Positions 35,329-43,858 of a stretch of DNA of 64,000 bases are shown here, piece by piece; position 1 is the stretch's first letter, and each line of letters opens with the position of its first letter. Position numbers and translations under genes: made by a program. The notes beneath the pieces are model-generated. The model was not told the DNA's origin, searched no databases, and was given only the letters and a program-made list of their open reading frames with translations. Location: IMG/VR virus record IMGVR_UViG_3300044700_000691, positions 1 to 64,000 of that record, one strand, 5' to 3'.

Positions 35329-35526
35329 TTATTCGATAATTCCAAGAATCTTAGATTCTTGAACTGCTTCAACTGTCATTGCTGAAATTCCATCTCCAAA
35401 TCTAGCTCGGATTTTTGATTCTGCATCAGATACAGAGGTTGCACTTACGACATACAATTCTTTAATGAATTTACGTTTACCGCTTTCGGTTTCGGTCTCA
35501 AATTTGATTCTTACTAAATAATACAT
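35329..35526 (-). CDS. DUF4494-like protein (Bacteroidota family)
   Basis: RIKFETETESGKRKFIKELYVVSATSVSDAE. Confidence 0.7.
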   Translation of the reverse strand: MYYLVRIKFETETESGKRKFIKELYVVSATSVSDAESKIRARFGDGISAMTVEAVQESKILGIIE

Positions 35527-35549
35527 AGGTTTTTGATTTATAGGTTATT

Positions 35550-35765
35550 CTACTTTAACATTGATTTAAGTTCTGTTAAAACTTCCTCGTTTGTGCGACC
35601 GGCTCTGACCATTTCATACATTTTATCGAGCATATCTACAGATAGACTATCGCCCATTACTGCATCAATTTTTTTAATTGCAACAAACTCTCTAGGGCCA
35701 GTGCCAGTTTCAAGTCGTTCAATAAAATCAATAGGGTCTGGAATAAAATACTTGTTGAATCCCAT
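35550..35765 (-). CDS. hypothetical protein, 71 aa
   Basis: ORF in operon. Confidence 0.7.
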   Translation of the reverse strand: MGFNKYFIPDPIDFIERLETGTGPREFVAIKKIDAVMGDSLSVDMLDKMYEMVRAGRTNEEVLTELKSMLK

Positions 35766-35768
35766 GGT

Positions 35769-35984
35769 TTATGATTTAAGGTAATCGTATGTGCCTTTGA
35801 TATTGGCGTTTAGAAATTTACCAAATGATTCAGCTTCACACAACTCAGCATAGACTGATTCGGAAACTCCAACATAGGTATAGGTTGTGCCACTTTTAAA
35901 TTGAACGTAAAGTTCGTTTAGGGACTGGTCATATCCAAATGCATCAACAGTTGATGATGTTACTGAGGTTAATTCTACATTCAT
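35769..35984 (-). CDS. KTSC domain protein
   Basis: VTSSTV..FGYD....LYVQFKSG.TY.Y.GV....Y..L..AESFGKF. Confidence 0.9.
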   Translation of the reverse strand: MNVELTSVTSSTVDAFGYDQSLNELYVQFKSGTTYTYVGVSESVYAELCEAESFGKFLNANIKGTYDYLKS

Positions 35985-36010
35985 ATTAATAAGTTTATAG
36001 AGATAATATA

Positions 36011-36235
36011 CTAAGATTTCTTTGGTTTTTCCCTAAAGAATAAAAAATAAAGTCCAAAAAAGAATGCCGATAGGCAATAGAAAATAGCGTCCGTAATCCA
36101 GTATGAACCGGTCCATTTCATTACCAGAGCAAAGAGGGCATCGAATCCAAGAGGGTTGAAGAATGTAGCTAGGATCAGGATCCATGTCCCTATCAGGCTC
36201 TTCTGATTGTTTTTTAATTTGGTGAATACTGTCAC
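36011..36235 (-). CDS. small two-TM membrane protein
   Basis: hydrophobic FFNPLGFD...; GTG start. Confidence 0.6.
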   Translation of the reverse strand: MTVFTKLKNNQKSLIGTWILILATFFNPLGFDALFALVMKWTGSYWITDAIFYCLSAFFFGLYFLFFREKPKKS

Positions 36236-36317
36236 TTTCCATGGTATTAGATATTTTCTCAGTAGAGAAAAGGATTAATTGAATAAACTGAGGATTTGTA
36301 GAAATCTTAATTATTTA

Positions 36318-36551
36318 TTACCACTTAGGTTCTTCCAATGGACAGGCCTCGCCTTTAGTTGCAGTCTTTGCAAAAATATAGCAGCCGCACTCACCGCACT
36401 GACCACTTGCTCCTAGAAATTTGTCGCACTCATAACAAATAGAGAGCCTTTCATTTCTAATATCGTCGCCAACAAATAAATCATCAAAGATTCCTTTGAT
36501 TTTTGTTCGTACCTCGGTTGAGTTACAGTTCTTGCAATCGCTCATGATCAA
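36318..36551 (-). CDS. DUF6171-like Cys-rich zinc-binding protein
   Basis: RLSICYEC...CGECGC...ACP..PKW. Confidence 0.7.
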   Translation of the reverse strand: MIMSDCKNCNSTEVRTKIKGIFDDLFVGDDIRNERLSICYECDKFLGASGQCGECGCYIFAKTATKGEACPLEEPKW

Positions 36552-37482
36552 GTTGAATATAATTTTCTAATAAAGTATTATACTGCTCACGATATTTTAG
36601 AACAGCTAAGTCTTTGGCTTTTGCCTCGACCTCAATATCTAGAGTTAGGCCATATGGATTAATTTTTTCATAGATATAATCAGCATGGGATCTGGCAATA
36701 ACTGAAGAATCCTCGAATGTTTTCCTTGAACTTGAGTAGTGAGTTAGCGGCGTACATGACCAAGTTGAAGCTGCAAGTTTTAGTGCAGCCTCTTCAGTTA
36801 AGCCACTAGTATTAAATCGGTGATGGTGAAAATCAAAGGTGATTGGTGTACCAATTCTTGCAGTAATTAAGTCAAACAAGTCTTGTACTGAGTATTGAGT
36901 AGCCTTATCATCATTTTCAACCACAAGCCGGCTTTGCGCAGCTTTACTGAGTAACCTAAAATTTTGGCAAAATCTATCAGCTGCGGATTCTTTATCTCCA
37001 TATGTTCCACCTACATGGATATTAATAGGAAATCTATGATCGGTTGGTAAACCCATAAGATCCATAATTTCAGCGTGTTGGTTTAGATCCTTGATTGTTT
37101 TAGTAACAACACTTGGCGTTGGTGATGGTAAAACATCAAACTGACCTGGGTGCATTGATAACCTGATATTATTTGCAAGTACAAATTTGCCAATGGCCTG
37201 CATATCTGGTAAAATTTCTTGGAAATTAGGAAGCTCTTGAATTTCATATTCTGACATCCATGGAAAAACATCGCTAGACATACGATAAACGTAAATGCCA
37301 TTTGCAAGATTCCATTCCAAAATAGTTAAGATATCTTTGATATTTTGATGAGCCAACTCGCTGCAATATTGCACGCCCTTTTGTTGAAAGGTTTTTTTAA
37401 TCATTCCACGATTTGCAGTAACCTTTCTATCTAGTGACAAGTTAATGCAGCAATAGCCAAGGCGAGTTGTTTCGTTTATCAT
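36523..37482 (-). CDS. uvsE: UV damage endonuclease (UVDE)
   Basis: RLGYCCIN, YRMSSD.FP, RLSMHPGQF, LVVENDD, FDFHHH, HADY, EVEAKAKD. Confidence 0.93.
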   Translation of the reverse strand: MINETTRLGYCCINLSLDRKVTANRGMIKKTFQQKGVQYCSELAHQNIKDILTILEWNLANGIYVYRMSSDVFPWMSEYEIQELPNFQEILPDMQAIGKFVLANNIRLSMHPGQFDVLPSPTPSVVTKTIKDLNQHAEIMDLMGLPTDHRFPINIHVGGTYGDKESAADRFCQNFRLLSKAAQSRLVVENDDKATQYSVQDLFDLITARIGTPITFDFHHHRFNTSGLTEEAALKLAASTWSCTPLTHYSSSRKTFEDSSVIARSHADYIYEKINPYGLTLDIEVEAKAKDLAVLKYREQYNTLLENYIQLDHERLQEL

Positions 37483-37494
37483 AAAACTAATATA

Positions 37495-37713
37495 CTAAAT
37501 ACTATTCATTTTTGTGAGCTCTTCACACTTTTCAAATTCTTCCTTTTCTTCAAAATAGTCAATCATTTCAACTAAAAGGTCTGCTTTTTCTTTTTCATCA
37601 AATGGAATATCAGTTGGCCATGTAAAAGAATTTGCACTTAGGTGTTTGTACATTTCTTCCATCATGTCAAGGTACATGCTTTCTAAAGCTGCACTATAAT
37701 CAATAGTTCGCAT
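37495..37713 (-). CDS. small protein with UVR-like motif
   Basis: FEEKEEFEKCEEL. Confidence 0.7.
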   Translation of the reverse strand: MRTIDYSAALESMYLDMMEEMYKHLSANSFTWPTDIPFDEKEKADLLVEMIDYFEEKEEFEKCEELTKMNSI

Positions 37714-38323
37714 TCTGATAATTATTTGTGGCTTTACGGATTACCTCAACAACATCAATTGCATCATCTAATCCATCGTGCGTAACATGATTTTCAAGAC
37801 CAATGCGTTCTTTGCATTTTCCAAGACCAGGCAAAGCTTGATCGTTTTTCCAATCTGTAACCAATACAGCTGGATCAATAATACGATTTCTAATTTTAAT
37901 CTTAGTATTCCAAGTTGGAATTAGCGTCTCTAACCAAACTTTATCAAATGCTGCAAAGTTTTTACCCGCTGCATTAATAATTACTCTGTCACCATCTACT
38001 TCACAACCATTAAATGCTGCCCAATTTGCAAACGCAGTAGCAACCATTTGTGGAGTTAAGATATTGTGTTTTTTGCGATAATCTCCGCGCTCTTCTCTTG
38101 GAATCTTTTCCATGCCAGCAATTATCTTAATAAGGTTCATGTTCATATTAAAAGCATATGCTGAACCGCTATAGTGTGGATGTTCAATTACACAATTGAA
38201 AGTAGGCAACTCTGAGATTGGCTTAACATCATTTGTATCTTCAATTATTGCGCCAATCTGTAAGACCTGACAAGTCTGTGGATCTAATCCAGTTGTTTCT
38301 AAATCAATTGATATGTATTTCAT
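37700..38323 (-). CDS. DEDDh 3'-5' exonuclease (DnaQ-like)
   Basis: SIDLETTGL, GKNFAAFD, HDGLDDA. Confidence 0.88.
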   Translation of the reverse strand: MKYISIDLETTGLDPQTCQVLQIGAIIEDTNDVKPISELPTFNCVIEHPHYSGSAYAFNMNMNLIKIIAGMEKIPREERGDYRKKHNILTPQMVATAFANWAAFNGCEVDGDRVIINAAGKNFAAFDKVWLETLIPTWNTKIKIRNRIIDPAVLVTDWKNDQALPGLGKCKERIGLENHVTHDGLDDAIDVVEVIRKATNNYQNANY

Positions 38324-38347
38324 TTCTTTATATTTTATACTATTATA

Positions 38348-38758
38348 CTAATCTAAGATATCCCATGGCAAATCTCCGTCTTCAATCGGCGTAGATTTCT
38401 TTGGTGTATTCGGAGATGCTCCAAATAAGTCATTCATGATTTCATCGTCAGTCATGTCTTGCTCATCTAAAATTTGATTAGATTTTGCAATATGAATTTG
38501 AGTTGCTTCAATTGTATTGAAGTATTTGATTTGGCCGCTAGGACTTTCCCATTTACGACCGGCTAATTTATAGCCAACCTGAATTTGATCTCCAGGCTTT
38601 GCTGGATCCAGCATTTCGCATTTTTCTTGGATTGCAACAAAGGTTACATACTGTGGGTACTTATCGTTAGTCCCGACTACAAATTCTCTTTTTTTGAATT
38701 TGGCTGATACAAATTGAGTATCGTCTACGTTAATTAAGGTTCCGCTAAATGTTGACAT
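38348..38758 (-). CDS. DUF3127-family OB-fold protein (SSB-like)
   Basis: FKKREFVV...YPQYV.F...GRKW....YFNTI plus acidic tail DLPW. Confidence 0.8.
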   Translation of the reverse strand: MSTFSGTLINVDDTQFVSAKFKKREFVVGTNDKYPQYVTFVAIQEKCEMLDPAKPGDQIQVGYKLAGRKWESPSGQIKYFNTIEATQIHIAKSNQILDEQDMTDDEIMNDLFGASPNTPKKSTPIEDGDLPWDILD

Positions 38759-38759
38759 A

Positions 38760-39236
38760 TTAAAAGTTTGGGTTTGTTATTTTTAAATCATAATTATTAA
38801 AGTTTGCAAATAATTCTTTATCTGCTTGTAGTCGAGCATCGACTGTGTGACCTGGCATAACTCTTTCAGTAAGGCGTTGTCTGCGTGGATCTTCTGCGAT
38901 ATCAAAAAATATTACAAATGATTTTGCACGATCCTCTGGCGAAAGATGTGATAGACCACTCGGCGTCATAATAAAAACATCATCACGATAAAACTGTTCG
39001 ATCGTGGTGCCGTACGTCCAACCATTAAAATCAATTACTTCATAAAATTTACCGGAGTCAATCATTTGCTGACACTCAGTTTGACTTAAAAAGAAGTAAT
39101 CCTGGCCGTCTACTTCACCCGGTCTTGGTGGACGTGTTGTATAACTTACAGCATAAGTCATGCCTCTTTCCTCAAGGCGTTTTCTCATATAATCTTTACC
39201 TGATGCGCCAGGTCCCGCTAAAATAATTCTTGGCAT
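38760..39236 (-). CDS. gmk: guanylate kinase-like protein
   Basis: GPGASGKD, SYTTRPPRPGEVDGQDYFF, YGT. Confidence 0.85.
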   Translation of the reverse strand: MPRIILAGPGASGKDYMRKRLEERGMTYAVSYTTRPPRPGEVDGQDYFFLSQTECQQMIDSGKFYEVIDFNGWTYGTTIEQFYRDDVFIMTPSGLSHLSPEDRAKSFVIFFDIAEDPRRQRLTERVMPGHTVDARLQADKELFANFNNYDLKITNPNF

Positions 39237-40546
39237 TATATTGTTCTTGTTTTTTCGTAAATTGCTTTAATAACTGGAAATCTTAAAGAGTGCTGACCAT
39301 GTTGGTCGGTTGTTTCTTCAAAATATTGAACTGTAATTGTTTTACCAATAATTTGACTAGGGTTTTTGTAAAATTGTCGACGCTGTTCAATTGAAAAACC
39401 TGAACCTACTCTAACTTGATTTCCTCTATGCGTAATAAAAATATTACCTAGCATTTCTTCTTCGACTTCGCGACCATCTTCAATAACTCTATGAGTTGAA
39501 TTTTCAACTCCTTCTACAATGTATTCAGCATCCCAGAATTTTTTAACTTTAAGAATTTCATCACTGCGTTTTCCAATATATGGGGTATCTTTTCTTAACA
39601 TTAAGCCTTCCCAACCTTGAGCAGTTGAATTAGTAATTTCAGTTTGCAGGTGCTCCTCTGACTCTATTAGTGTCTGCTTTAGTAGAGTAGTATTTTTTAA
39701 GTCAATTCCACTAAACAGTAGAGCCGCAATTGTAATACGATCCCTAAATTTTCTGTCACTAGTTGAAGTTTGGCTATTAAACTCTTCTAGGGTTAAACAG
39801 TCAAATACTAAATATTTTGGATTTTTTATGGTATGGTTTTTTCGGCCAATTTCTTTAATAATTCCTTGAAAATCTTCTTGACCTGCATCATTCATCATGC
39901 AAACCTCGCCGTCAAGCACAGTATCTACTAAATTTAATTTTTTAATATCTGCCTTTAAGGTAGCTAGAGTTAGGAACTCATTACCACCTCTAGAAAAGAA
40001 CTTAACTTCTCCATCTGCATCAATTATTGCAGCACAGCGAACTCCATCTAATTTACGGCTCATGTACCAGTGATCTTCTAGCCTAACTTTCTTTTTAGTC
40101 CTATCATCATATGGCATGGCTAGTGCAACGTCAAAGGTTGGAATTGTTCCAGGTAAGATTGAATTAATTAAGGTCGTAGTTGCTCTAGTTTTTAGGTTGC
40201 GATCTAAGATACTATAGATCACTTCTGAGAACTCCAAATTCTTAGCTATAAAACCATTAACACAAGCTATTGCAGAGTTGCCAGTGACACGACGTTCATT
40301 CAGGTCGTTTAACAGACTAAATAGATCATCATAATTATCAAAAGAGAGCTCCTGTCTCTTTTTTAAGTTGGCCGGCGTAACATAATACTGCTTGAATGGA
40401 GAGTATGTATACTCTAGGATCTTTCTAAGATATGGGCTATTGAATTGTTGCAGGACTGCCTTTTTATCGTTGGTCGACGAAGTTACATTCATTGCCTCAA
40501 TAAAGTCCTGTATTGATTTGAGATTGTTCATATACATATTATACAA
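39236..40546 (-). CDS. ATP-dependent DNA ligase (start may be 40531)
   Basis: KLDGVR, LDGE, FD, EGLMLR, LKVK, SLRFP. Confidence 0.93.
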   Translation of the reverse strand: MYNMYMNNLKSIQDFIEAMNVTSSTNDKKAVLQQFNSPYLRKILEYTYSPFKQYYVTPANLKKRQELSFDNYDDLFSLLNDLNERRVTGNSAIACVNGFIAKNLEFSEVIYSILDRNLKTRATTTLINSILPGTIPTFDVALAMPYDDRTKKKVRLEDHWYMSRKLDGVRCAAIIDADGEVKFFSRGGNEFLTLATLKADIKKLNLVDTVLDGEVCMMNDAGQEDFQGIIKEIGRKNHTIKNPKYLVFDCLTLEEFNSQTSTSDRKFRDRITIAALLFSGIDLKNTTLLKQTLIESEEHLQTEITNSTAQGWEGLMLRKDTPYIGKRSDEILKVKKFWDAEYIVEGVENSTHRVIEDGREVEEEMLGNIFITHRGNQVRVGSGFSIEQRRQFYKNPSQIIGKTITVQYFEETTDQHGQHSLRFPVIKAIYEKTRTI

Positions 40547-40572
40547 AAAAGGAGACCAAATAGGTCTCCTTT
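40545..40572 (-). terminator. intrinsic terminator
   Basis: AAAGGAGACC/GGTCTCCTTT with T6 on the minus strand. Confidence 0.8.
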
Positions 40573-40596
40573 AGCTATATAAAAGACGCCAATTAA

Positions 40597-41112
40597 TTAG
40601 GCGGGAGTTTCCTCAGTTTGCGGAGCCTCTACTGGAGTTTCCAAAGTCTTAATTGCCTTGTCTAACTCATGTACTTTAGAGTATGCAGTGTTTAATTGGA
40701 AAGAAACTTTGAATAGAGCCTGTGCATTGTGTAAACCTGTGAATTTTGCACGGTTTAGGAAATACAGACAAGATTCAATACATGCGGCCGGCAATCTAAC
40801 CGAGCTAACCTCAGAGTTTTTACCTTCGCCTTTATGGTTTTCAATTTCTCCCAATAACATATTGTGATTTTGTAGAATAACGAAAGCTTCGTTAGGTCCA
40901 GTAAATTCAACACTATTTTTTAGGAAATTTCTTAACCACTTAAGATCTTCTTGCGTCATTGATGGAACATCAAAATGACCACGTCTTTGTGCTTTAAGTT
41001 TTTCAATTTCGGATAATTCTGGTTGAGGCTCTTCCACCTCTGGAGTTGCATCAGTAATTTGATCAACCTGTTCTAAAATTTGCTCGTCTTGAGTTACAGT
41101 TTCGTTTGACAT
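40597..41112 (-). CDS. hypothetical protein (start moved to MSNETV)
   Basis: GTATAATA box at 41136 lies inside the longer track ORF. Confidence 0.7.
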   Translation of the reverse strand: MSNETVTQDEQILEQVDQITDATPEVEEPQPELSEIEKLKAQRRGHFDVPSMTQEDLKWLRNFLKNSVEFTGPNEAFVILQNHNMLLGEIENHKGEGKNSEVSSVRLPAACIESCLYFLNRAKFTGLHNAQALFKVSFQLNTAYSKVHELDKAIKTLETPVEAPQTEETPA

Positions 41113-41149
41113 AAATATCTTTGTTTTTGTTAAGATATTATACCAAACT

Positions 41150-41632
41150 CTATTCGATAGTTTCAATCAATCGTTGAGCAATTATCTGCTGAGAACGCGA
41201 TAATTTAGTAATTGCCTCTTGTATTGGGATAAATCCAGCCCAATCTACCTCCTCGGCCTGTAGTTGTTCTTTAGGTACCTTCGGCGAAGCAAGGCCAATT
41301 TGTTCAAGGCTCTCAATGCGTACGTCAAAATAAGCGCAGCGACTGTGAGGAATACCGCGACGGTAAAATACAAAATATTTCTCATGTTTATCAATTAGTT
41401 CTGGATCTACCGTAATCCCGGTCTCTTCCCTTGTCTCACGAATTGCGCAAGTTAAAAGATCTTCACCATCTTCGATTCCACCTTTAGGAATGCCAAATGG
41501 TTGGTTCTTCCAACTTGCATCAGAAGGATGAATTAATAAAAGTTTTCCTTCCCAGATAATAGCCAAGCCGGCTGCTCGAATTTCAAGCTGCTTTTCGCTC
41601 TCTGCTAAATAATCTGTGAATGTAAAAATCAT
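41150..41632 (-). CDS. NUDIX hydrolase with CTS-like leader
   Basis: PKGGIEDGEDLLTCAIRETREETGI Nudix box; leader MIFTFTDYLAE. Confidence 0.9.
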   Translation of the reverse strand: MIFTFTDYLAESEKQLEIRAAGLAIIWEGKLLLIHPSDASWKNQPFGIPKGGIEDGEDLLTCAIRETREETGITVDPELIDKHEKYFVFYRRGIPHSRCAYFDVRIESLEQIGLASPKVPKEQLQAEEVDWAGFIPIQEAITKLSRSQQIIAQRLIETIE

Positions 41633-41823
41633 TTATTGTCTGCATCGTTCTTTTTTTGAATGTACTTTGCTTTATTAATTTCAGATCTTCTTTTAACACT
41701 AGGTTTTACAAATTCTTTACGATCACGTAAATTTTGTAACTGTTTAGTGTCAATGACCTTTCTTTTTAATTGTTTGAGTGCTCTTTCCAAAGACTCTGAA
41801 TTTCTTATATCAATTATTAACAT
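41629..41823 (-). CDS. rpsU: ribosomal protein bS21
   Basis: MLII.I...ESLERALKQLKRK....LRDRKEFVKPSVKRR (Bacteroidota type). Confidence 0.9.
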   Translation of the reverse strand: MLIIDIRNSESLERALKQLKRKVIDTKQLQNLRDRKEFVKPSVKRRSEINKAKYIQKKNDADNK

Positions 41824-41826
41824 AAA

Positions 41827-42432
41827 TTAAAAATCAGTGTCAATTGACTTTGAAACTGGCCCAGTTGAAAAGTTAAGCGTCCATGAAAAGGTGTCTGAGT
41901 CGTTAGCTCCTTCAAAAGTATCGAAAAGACTATCATCAGCTCTGCCAGTCATCCATCCAGAAACTTCAGTTAAATTTAAATTCATTTTCTTTGAAAGAGA
42001 TACCATTGTAGCATCACTTGCATATTTACCATTTGCTGCAACATCCTTGGTTAATTGTGCAAGAGTCGTAGTAAGATCATCCAATGTAGGTTTGCAGTCC
42101 AATTCCCATTGCTGTTCTAGTGCGGCCCAAGCCGTTTTTTCATTATCGTTCCACGTGCTTTTGAATTTATTCCAAAATGGATTTGCTTCAACAAACATAG
42201 CGATTAACCAATCTTGTAGTTTCTTAAAACCTGCGTCTAGCTTAGCGGTTAAAGCCTCTTTTTCTTTGGCAATAGCCTCTGCAGTAGGACCTGCTGGCGT
42301 ATTATTTGCGGGCTCTGCCTTTTTTGAAGCCACGGTACTGCTTTTTTGACCAGATGAGCTTGCGGAAGAAGCTTGTCCAAATCTTCCTGTTTGTTCGACT
42401 AAAAAGTCTGAAAATCTTTTAATATTTTTCAT
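41827..42432 (-). CDS. putative capsid-internal protein
   Basis: leader MKNIKRFSDFLVE. Confidence 0.8.
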   Translation of the reverse strand: MKNIKRFSDFLVEQTGRFGQASSASSSGQKSSTVASKKAEPANNTPAGPTAEAIAKEKEALTAKLDAGFKKLQDWLIAMFVEANPFWNKFKSTWNDNEKTAWAALEQQWELDCKPTLDDLTTTLAQLTKDVAANGKYASDATMVSLSKKMNLNLTEVSGWMTGRADDSLFDTFEGANDSDTFSWTLNFSTGPVSKSIDTDF

Positions 42433-42453
42433 TTTTTAATTTATTTTAATTAT

Positions 42454-43854
42454 TTATTTAATTGGAGAGGCTGTTATGGCAGATTTAATAATTGTAAGCA
42501 AACCATCATCAAATTTTCCAGCAGCTGTTCCCTTTACTACAGATTCAAAATCTTTAAATCCTTTTGATTCACTATACGTTTGACCGTGTTTAAATCCTGA
42601 GAATTTTTTAATAGCGGCAAACATATTTTCATACGACCCTGCACTATTTTTATTCATATTGGTTTTAAAGTAAGTTTTAACTTTATCTATTGTAGAAACA
42701 TCTGGGGTTCCCCAAGTTGTCTTGTCAGATACAACTACTCCTGCAAAAATCTTTAACACTTGATCTTCAGTTGTTATATTAGTTCCATCAAATCCAGCAG
42801 TGGCGGCTGCTGAGGCTGTAGCAGCAGTTGGATCAACAATTGCGCCGGCTGCTAAATCCGAGATTATGAATGGAGCATAATATTCCGCACTTTCTGGATC
42901 TTTCATAAATTCTAGTGAATTTAACTTAATTTTTCCAGCGTTTAATCCTAATACCACTACGGCATGCGCCATTTTAGAGTAAAGATCTTGTGTTAATTCA
43001 TTAACGTTGACTTTAGAAAAATTTGACTGGTCGAATTTGGCAGCTTTGGCAAACAGATTTATTAAAGCGGCCTGAAGTGGTTCCGAATAAATTAGGTTCT
43101 GCCCAGCAGCGCCTGGCTCAGCTTTAGCCATTCCATCTGGTAGTTTAGAAATAAATTTCCAAAATATTGGAACAATATCACCGCTTGTTGTAACTGCAAC
43201 CCGTGCCTTTCCAATCTTCTTAGTGACTTTCTTTATGTAAGTTGAGTACAGACCAATATCATTATAATACCATTTGTATGCTGGACCGTCTCCATCTAAG
43301 AATGACGCTGCCGTAAATACAGTCGCAGGTTTTGTATCAGCTGCGATTTTCTTATCGTCGGCCGGCTTACCTGTGCCTGGCTCCTTAAAATACTTTTGAA
43401 ATGAACCATCTGCACCCATTAAATAAGTCATTCTGTTATCAATACCAGAGGCTATTTTTTGATTTGCTGGAATAGCTTGAGTATTAATTGTATCAGGATA
43501 AAAAAGATAGATCCATCCTGTAAATTCTCCTAGATCTTTTCCAATTATTCTATTTTTTTGAGTTGATACATTAGCTCTAATAATACCTACTTCATGCGTT
43601 GGGTCAGATCCTTTAATTGCAGTTAGGACCTGCTGAGCATCACCGTCCTTAGCATTATTAATTGTATTAATTAACTCCTTAACATCTCCCAATAATGGAT
43701 TTTTAGCTGGCCAGCTAAATTGGTATTGCCATTTTATTCTAATGCTACCTTCGCCAGCTGGTAAAGTGATAGGCTGCGCAAGCAGCTTAAACTTAGTTTC
43801 AGTTTCAGTAGCAGTTTGCTCAAATAGAGCAGTTATGTTTTTTATGGTTTTCAT
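42454..43854 (-). CDS. putative virion/ejected protein, 466 aa
   Basis: leader MKTIKNITALFE; late operon. Confidence 0.8.
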   Translation of the reverse strand: MKTIKNITALFEQTATETETKFKLLAQPITLPAGEGSIRIKWQYQFSWPAKNPLLGDVKELINTINNAKDGDAQQVLTAIKGSDPTHEVGIIRANVSTQKNRIIGKDLGEFTGWIYLFYPDTINTQAIPANQKIASGIDNRMTYLMGADGSFQKYFKEPGTGKPADDKKIAADTKPATVFTAASFLDGDGPAYKWYYNDIGLYSTYIKKVTKKIGKARVAVTTSGDIVPIFWKFISKLPDGMAKAEPGAAGQNLIYSEPLQAALINLFAKAAKFDQSNFSKVNVNELTQDLYSKMAHAVVVLGLNAGKIKLNSLEFMKDPESAEYYAPFIISDLAAGAIVDPTAATASAAATAGFDGTNITTEDQVLKIFAGVVVSDKTTWGTPDVSTIDKVKTYFKTNMNKNSAGSYENMFAAIKKFSGFKHGQTYSESKGFKDFESVVKGTAAGKFDDGLLTIIKSAITASPIK

Positions 43855-43858
43855 TATA

